Shown here one piece after another: positions 7,038-10,571 of a stretch of 10,571 nucleotides of DNA. Where the stretch lies: positions 1 through 10,571 of the forward strand of contig JAVVGL010000042.1 of NCBI GenBank assembly GCA_032249135.1, in the 5' to 3' direction. Position numbers and translations under genes: made by a program. How positions within the stretch are numbered: position 1 is the first letter of the stretch; each line of letters opens with the position of its first letter. The notes below the pieces were generated by a model, which was given only the letters and a program-made list of their open reading frames with translations, ran no database searches and was not told the origin of the DNA. The stretch is from Candidatus Calescibacterium sp. Lineage in GTDB: Bacteria > Calescibacteriota > Calescibacteriia > Calescibacteriales > Calescibacteriaceae.

Positions 7038-8432
7038 ATGGTTAGTAAAGAAATTGAATTAAAAATAATTGAGGCTAAACAGAGGGGTATTTCTGATGAA
7101 GAAATAGGGAGAAAGTTTGGAGTTACATTGCGAGATATAGAGCGAATTGTAATAAACTACTATGGTGTAAATATTTCCAGATTGTCATTCCAAAAAAGTA
7201 AGAAGGTAAAGGAACTTGAACCTAAAAATTTTAAATTAGAAAACACTACTATTTGGAGTTTCAAAAATAGGGGATCATGGGCAACTCACAGTGGAACATA
7301 CAGAGGTAATTGGTCACCATATATTCCAAGAAATATAATTTTGAGATATTCAAAACCTGGCGAAGTTGTTTTAGATCAATTTGTGGGTAGTGGTACTACT
7401 GCTATTGAAGCGAAAATACTCGGCCGAAAATGCGTAGCTTATGATATAAACCCTAAGGCGGTAGAATTGACATTAAAAAATTTAGATTTTTACATCCCAA
7501 GATCATTTCTCCATGAAATATATGAACCTTCTATTAAAGTCGGAGATGCGAGAAATCTTAAGGATTTAAAAGATGAGAGTATAGACCTTATTTGCACCCA
7601 TCCTCCATACGCAGGGATAATAAATTATACTATGAAAATTGATGGAGATCTTTCAAATCTAAAAATTTCTGAATATTTAAAAGAAATGGAAAAGGTTGCA
7701 AAAGAATGTTACCGAGTTCTAAAATATGGAGGGAAATGTGCAATTTTGATTGGGGACACAAGGAAAAATAAAAGGGTTATTCCATTAGGATTTAAGGTAA
7801 TAAATATCTTTCTTGATTCTGGTTTTAAATTAAAAGAACTTGTTATAAAAATTCAACATAATTGTAAGACCACTGGATTTTGGTATGAAAAAAGTATAAA
7901 AAATAATTTTTTGCTGCTCAAACATGAATATCTACCTATATTTGAAAAAAGTAGTATAGTCGCAGACCCCCGAATTGAAAACGCGGAAGATTTTGGCTCC
8001 CATTTCCAGATACAGCCAAATATATTCAATCAACTTCAAAGGTTAGAAACTACAACGGTTTGGCTCTTTTCTGAAAATGAAATTTTTGAAAAAGCAATTT
8101 CAAATCTCGCTTTAAGGTATAACATCAAAAAATTTGAGCCCGGAGTAAATTTATTTTTCGTATGTAATAAAGAGGATGAAAAATTATTAGACGATTTTTT
8201 AAATGAAACAAATTTCAAATCTGAGAGTTACATTTTTGTATTTACGAAAGATAGGAGAACGGAAGGAGGTTATATATATTCTCCTGCAAAGAATATATCA
8301 ACAGGAAAATATAGAAACTTCGTCTTAAAAGAAATAATAATTGTAGCTCCTAGAAATTTCAGAAAAGAAGATTTCAGAGATGAATTAGAAATTGTTCATT
8401 ATTACATCTTGGTATTTGAGAGAGCATGGTAA
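7038..8432 (+). CDS. SAM-dependent amino-methyltransferase (probable N4-C/N6-A DNA MTase) with N-terminal HTH and degenerate C-terminal repeat
   Basis: Motif I VLDQFVGSGTT (~7374), YDIN, GDAR and motif IV THPPY (7599-7610). Upstream WATHSGTYRGNWSPYIPRNIILRYS. N-terminal HTH-like GISDEEIGRKFGVTLRDIERIV. Confidence 0.87.
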   Translation: MVSKEIELKIIEAKQRGISDEEIGRKFGVTLRDIERIVINYYGVNISRLSFQKSKKVKELEPKNFKLENTTIWSFKNRGSWATHSGTYRGNWSPYIPRNIILRYSKPGEVVLDQFVGSGTTAIEAKILGRKCVAYDINPKAVELTLKNLDFYIPRSFLHEIYEPSIKVGDARNLKDLKDESIDLICTHPPYAGIINYTMKIDGDLSNLKISEYLKEMEKVAKECYRVLKYGGKCAILIGDTRKNKRVIPLGFKVINIFLDSGFKLKELVIKIQHNCKTTGFWYEKSIKNNFLLLKHEYLPIFEKSSIVADPRIENAEDFGSHFQIQPNIFNQLQRLETTTVWLFSENEIFEKAISNLALRYNIKKFEPGVNLFFVCNKEDEKLLDDFLNETNFKSESYIFVFTKDRRTEGGYIYSPAKNISTGKYRNFVLKEIIIVAPRNFRKEDFRDELEIVHYYILVFERAW

Positions 8433-9019
8433 AAAGATTTGTTAGAAAATTTTTCAGCAAAATTGCGAAAATATATCTTTGTATCTTGGGTATATACTAT
8501 TATATCAAAAGCTATTATCTTATTCTGAAATTCAAAGCAAAATTAAAAGATGATGTTATATGGACAACCAGAGACAATTATGAGATTCTGGTTTATCCAG
8601 GAAATAAGAAACAATCAGAGTTTGATTTTATAGTTAAATTCAGAAAAAAAGGAAAAAAGCGAGAAAGAACCCCAAAGCATGTCCATCTCATAGTAGAATT
8701 ATATGTTAAGTATTACTTTAATAAAAAATTAACATTAGAGCTCAAACAGCATATTTTAGAGATGATAAGGAACATAAAACCGGCAAATTCTTTCCCACCG
8801 TCTCTGCAATTTTTTAAACCTGAGCATGTAGAAAAATTTAAAAAACTTGATAATTTTGGAGAGTTTAGTGTTGAGTTTCTGCTTGTGGTTATAGAATTAA
8901 TAGCAATTCAGGAAAAGACGAATTATCCAAGCGGCACATTAACAGAAGAATTATACAAAGATTTATTTGTAAAGGATAGATTTTCGGTTATACAAAAAGC
9001 GACGTGGAGAAATAAATAA
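8426..9019 (+). CDS. Hypothetical protein overlapping the MTase gene (candidate cognate nuclease/effector)
   Basis: 197-aa ORF whose ATG overlaps the MTase 3' end by 7 nt. Basic protein with DFIVKF...RTPKHVHL...QEKTNYP. No family recognised. Confidence 0.7.
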   Translation: MVKRFVRKFFSKIAKIYLCILGIYYYIKSYYLILKFKAKLKDDVIWTTRDNYEILVYPGNKKQSEFDFIVKFRKKGKKRERTPKHVHLIVELYVKYYFNKKLTLELKQHILEMIRNIKPANSFPPSLQFFKPEHVEKFKKLDNFGEFSVEFLLVVIELIAIQEKTNYPSGTLTEELYKDLFVKDRFSVIQKATWRNK

Positions 9020-9110
9020 AATCCTCAAAATTTTTTGAACAAGAATTCAAATTTTTTGTGAAAAATAAACTTTTGATGTAAGATGATAAGTTTTAAACGT
9101 TAGCCTGTTA

Positions 9111-9118
9111 AAGGAGGT
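9111..9118 (+). promoter_or_regulatory. Shine-Dalgarno site of acyl-CoA dehydrogenase gene 1
   Basis: AAGGAGGT 8 nt upstream of ATG 9127. Confidence 0.85.
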
Positions 9119-9126
9119 CAAAAATA

Positions 9127-10191
9127 ATGATAGACTTTTCTCTGAACGAAAACCAAGACTTACTTATAAAAACTGTTGAGGACTTTGCAAAAAAGGAAAT
9201 AAGGGAGAAGATAAGAGAAATAGAAGAAAAAGGAGCTAATGGGTTGAGAAAAAAAGTTTTTGAACTGGGGCTCGGTGGGGTTGAATTCCCGGAGAATGTA
9301 GGAGGTGCAGGAATGGGTATGTTAGAAAGAGCCCTTATTCTCAAAACAATGAGTGAAAAGGGTGATGGTGGTACCACATATTCTATTTTCTCTTTTTTGC
9401 CTGCTCTTTACGCTGTTTTTGAGCTAACTCAAAATCAAAACCTTGTAAAAGATGGAATAGAAGGTAAAACAAAAATAACATTAGCAAAAACTGGTATATA
9501 TTATGACGGCGTTCAAACAAAAGCCAAAATGAAAGAACAAGAAAAGATTGTTTTGGTCATAGAAGAAGAAAAACCCCAAATCATTCTGTTTTTTGCGGAA
9601 GACAAATCTGGTCTTTATCTTTGTTCTTCTTCGGAATTTGAGATTAAAAGAAAAATTTTCAGGTCGGGTCTCCTTTCATCACCAGCTTATGAGGTTGAAA
9701 TAAAATCTTTTGAAAAAATCTCAGATGTTCAAACTCAATCTCAAAATTGGAGAAGATTTGTTGCAAGAATTCAAATTTTCCTCTCTTCAATAGTTGCTGG
9801 AATATCAAAATGTGCAGCCGATTATGCATTAGAGTACGCTCTTGAAAGAGTTGCATTTGGGAGACCAATAGCTTATCATCAGGCTATATCTTTCATGCTC
9901 GCCGATATGGATATACTTTCCACCTCTCTTGAGCAGATACTATTTAAAGCCTGCTGGGAATTTGATAATCAAAAAGAGAATTTTGATGATTCTGCTACTG
10001 AACTATTTTTGGAGGCTCTTGATGTTGGTAAAAAAGTCACCTCAGATGCAGTTCAGGTTCTCGGAGGACACGGCTACATAAAAGATCACCCAACAGAAAA
10101 GTGGATGAGAGACTTTCAAGATATAATAAATGCGTTCGGAAGTCCCGCAAGATTTGAAGGAACAATAAAAAATCTGGAAACAAGAATTTAA
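9127..10191 (+). CDS. Acyl-CoA dehydrogenase family protein (short, divergent subunit)
   Basis: MIDFSLNENQ, FPENVGGAG, ALEYALERVAFGRPIAYHQAISFMLADM and AVQVLGGHGYIKDHPTEKWMRD. The middle beta-domain is divergent. Confidence 0.92.
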   Translation: MIDFSLNENQDLLIKTVEDFAKKEIREKIREIEEKGANGLRKKVFELGLGGVEFPENVGGAGMGMLERALILKTMSEKGDGGTTYSIFSFLPALYAVFELTQNQNLVKDGIEGKTKITLAKTGIYYDGVQTKAKMKEQEKIVLVIEEEKPQIILFFAEDKSGLYLCSSSEFEIKRKIFRSGLLSSPAYEVEIKSFEKISDVQTQSQNWRRFVARIQIFLSSIVAGISKCAADYALEYALERVAFGRPIAYHQAISFMLADMDILSTSLEQILFKACWEFDNQKENFDDSATELFLEALDVGKKVTSDAVQVLGGHGYIKDHPTEKWMRDFQDIINAFGSPARFEGTIKNLETRI

Positions 10192-10215
10192 ACATCAAGA
10201 GAACAAAAATTAAAA

Positions 10216-10223
10216 AAGGAGGT
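10216..10223 (+). promoter_or_regulatory. Shine-Dalgarno site of acyl-CoA dehydrogenase gene 2
   Basis: AAGGAGGT 7 nt upstream of ATG 10231. Confidence 0.85.
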
Positions 10224-10230
10224 AAAGGTT

Positions 10231-10571
10231 ATGGAGTTTGAGTTATCACAAAACCACAGGCAAGTCCTTGAATTTGTAAAATGGTTGGCAAAAGAAAAAC
10301 TCAGACCTTTAGGGCTTGAATACGATAAGAAAGAAGAACCAATCCCACCAGACCATCCATTCTTCAAAGAAATAAAACAAATGGGAATAGAGATAGGAGT
10401 TATGGGAAGCGACGATGTTAAAAGTGAAAGTAGGCTGAGAACTTTTATCGGTGAAAGCAAGGAACCCCCTATGATTGCTACTTTATCTATTTTGGCAGCT
10501 GAAATTCTTGCTTGGGGTGATCAAGGGGTTTTTATGTCATTCCCAGGACCAGGTCTTGCATCTCCTCCTAT
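10231..10571 (+). CDS. Acyl-CoA dehydrogenase family protein, N-terminal part (runs off window)
   Basis: Not in the ORF track. Translates as MEFELSQNHRQVLEFVKWLAKEKLRPLGLEYDKKEE...LAAEILAWGDQGVFMSFPGPGLASPP, open to the window end. The ExLAWGD...PGPGL motif resembles the FadE23-like subfamily. Strong SD. Confidence 0.88.
   Translation, partial: MEFELSQNHRQVLEFVKWLAKEKLRPLGLEYDKKEEPIPPDHPFFKEIKQMGIEIGVMGSDDVKSESRLRTFIGESKEPPMIATLSILAAEILAWGDQGVFMSFPGPGLASPP

Noticed and set aside
8426-8530. N-terminal hydrophobic stretch of the 197-aa protein as a definite TM anchor
   Set aside because: Tyr/Lys-interrupted and only marginally hydrophobic. It could be an artefactual extension if the true start is downstream, and needs a homologue alignment.
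6502-9126. Cassette as an integrative element with att sites or target duplications
   Set aside because: No integrase/transposase and no convincing flanking direct repeat found by eye.
8036-10460. Shadow ORFs 8036-8218, 9108-9377, 9659-9868 and 10188-10460
   Set aside because: Antisense to the MTase and ACAD genes, with no motifs.
1-10571. CRISPR array, rRNA/tRNA genes, classical intrinsic terminators
   Set aside because: No regularly spaced repeats or RNA-gene signatures were seen. The convergent gene junctions (572-574, 4210-4222) are too short and have no GC hairpin.

Overview
AT-rich bacterial chromosomal window with K/E/I-rich proteins, suggestive of a thermophile. Left to right: (1) a GC-rich (~56%) 1-170 segment carrying the truncated C-terminus of a probable IS200/IS605 TnpB-related protein, missed by the ORF track. 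The same bases fold on the + strand into a multi-stem, G-U-rich RNA with a possible pseudoknot, a candidate omegaRNA/right-end scaffold. (2) A housekeeping block: small charged hypothetical protein, 2,4-dienoyl-CoA reductase-like SDR, TM-HAMP-GAF-like-degenerate GGDEF protein (RxxD I-site intact), SPOR-like membrane protein, membrane Zn-ribbon protein, cupin and leucyl aminopeptidase PepA. (3) A three-gene accessory cassette: a DUF5618/HEPN-like gene divergent from an HTH-fused amino-methyltransferase that has an HPPY motif and a degenerate second MTase-like module, overlapping an unknown 197-aa gene. This is a candidate atypical restriction-modification/defence system. (4) Two tandem acyl-CoA dehydrogenase genes resembling a FadE24/FadE23-type heteromeric pair, the second running off the window. 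All family calls come from motif recognition by eye; no searches were run.
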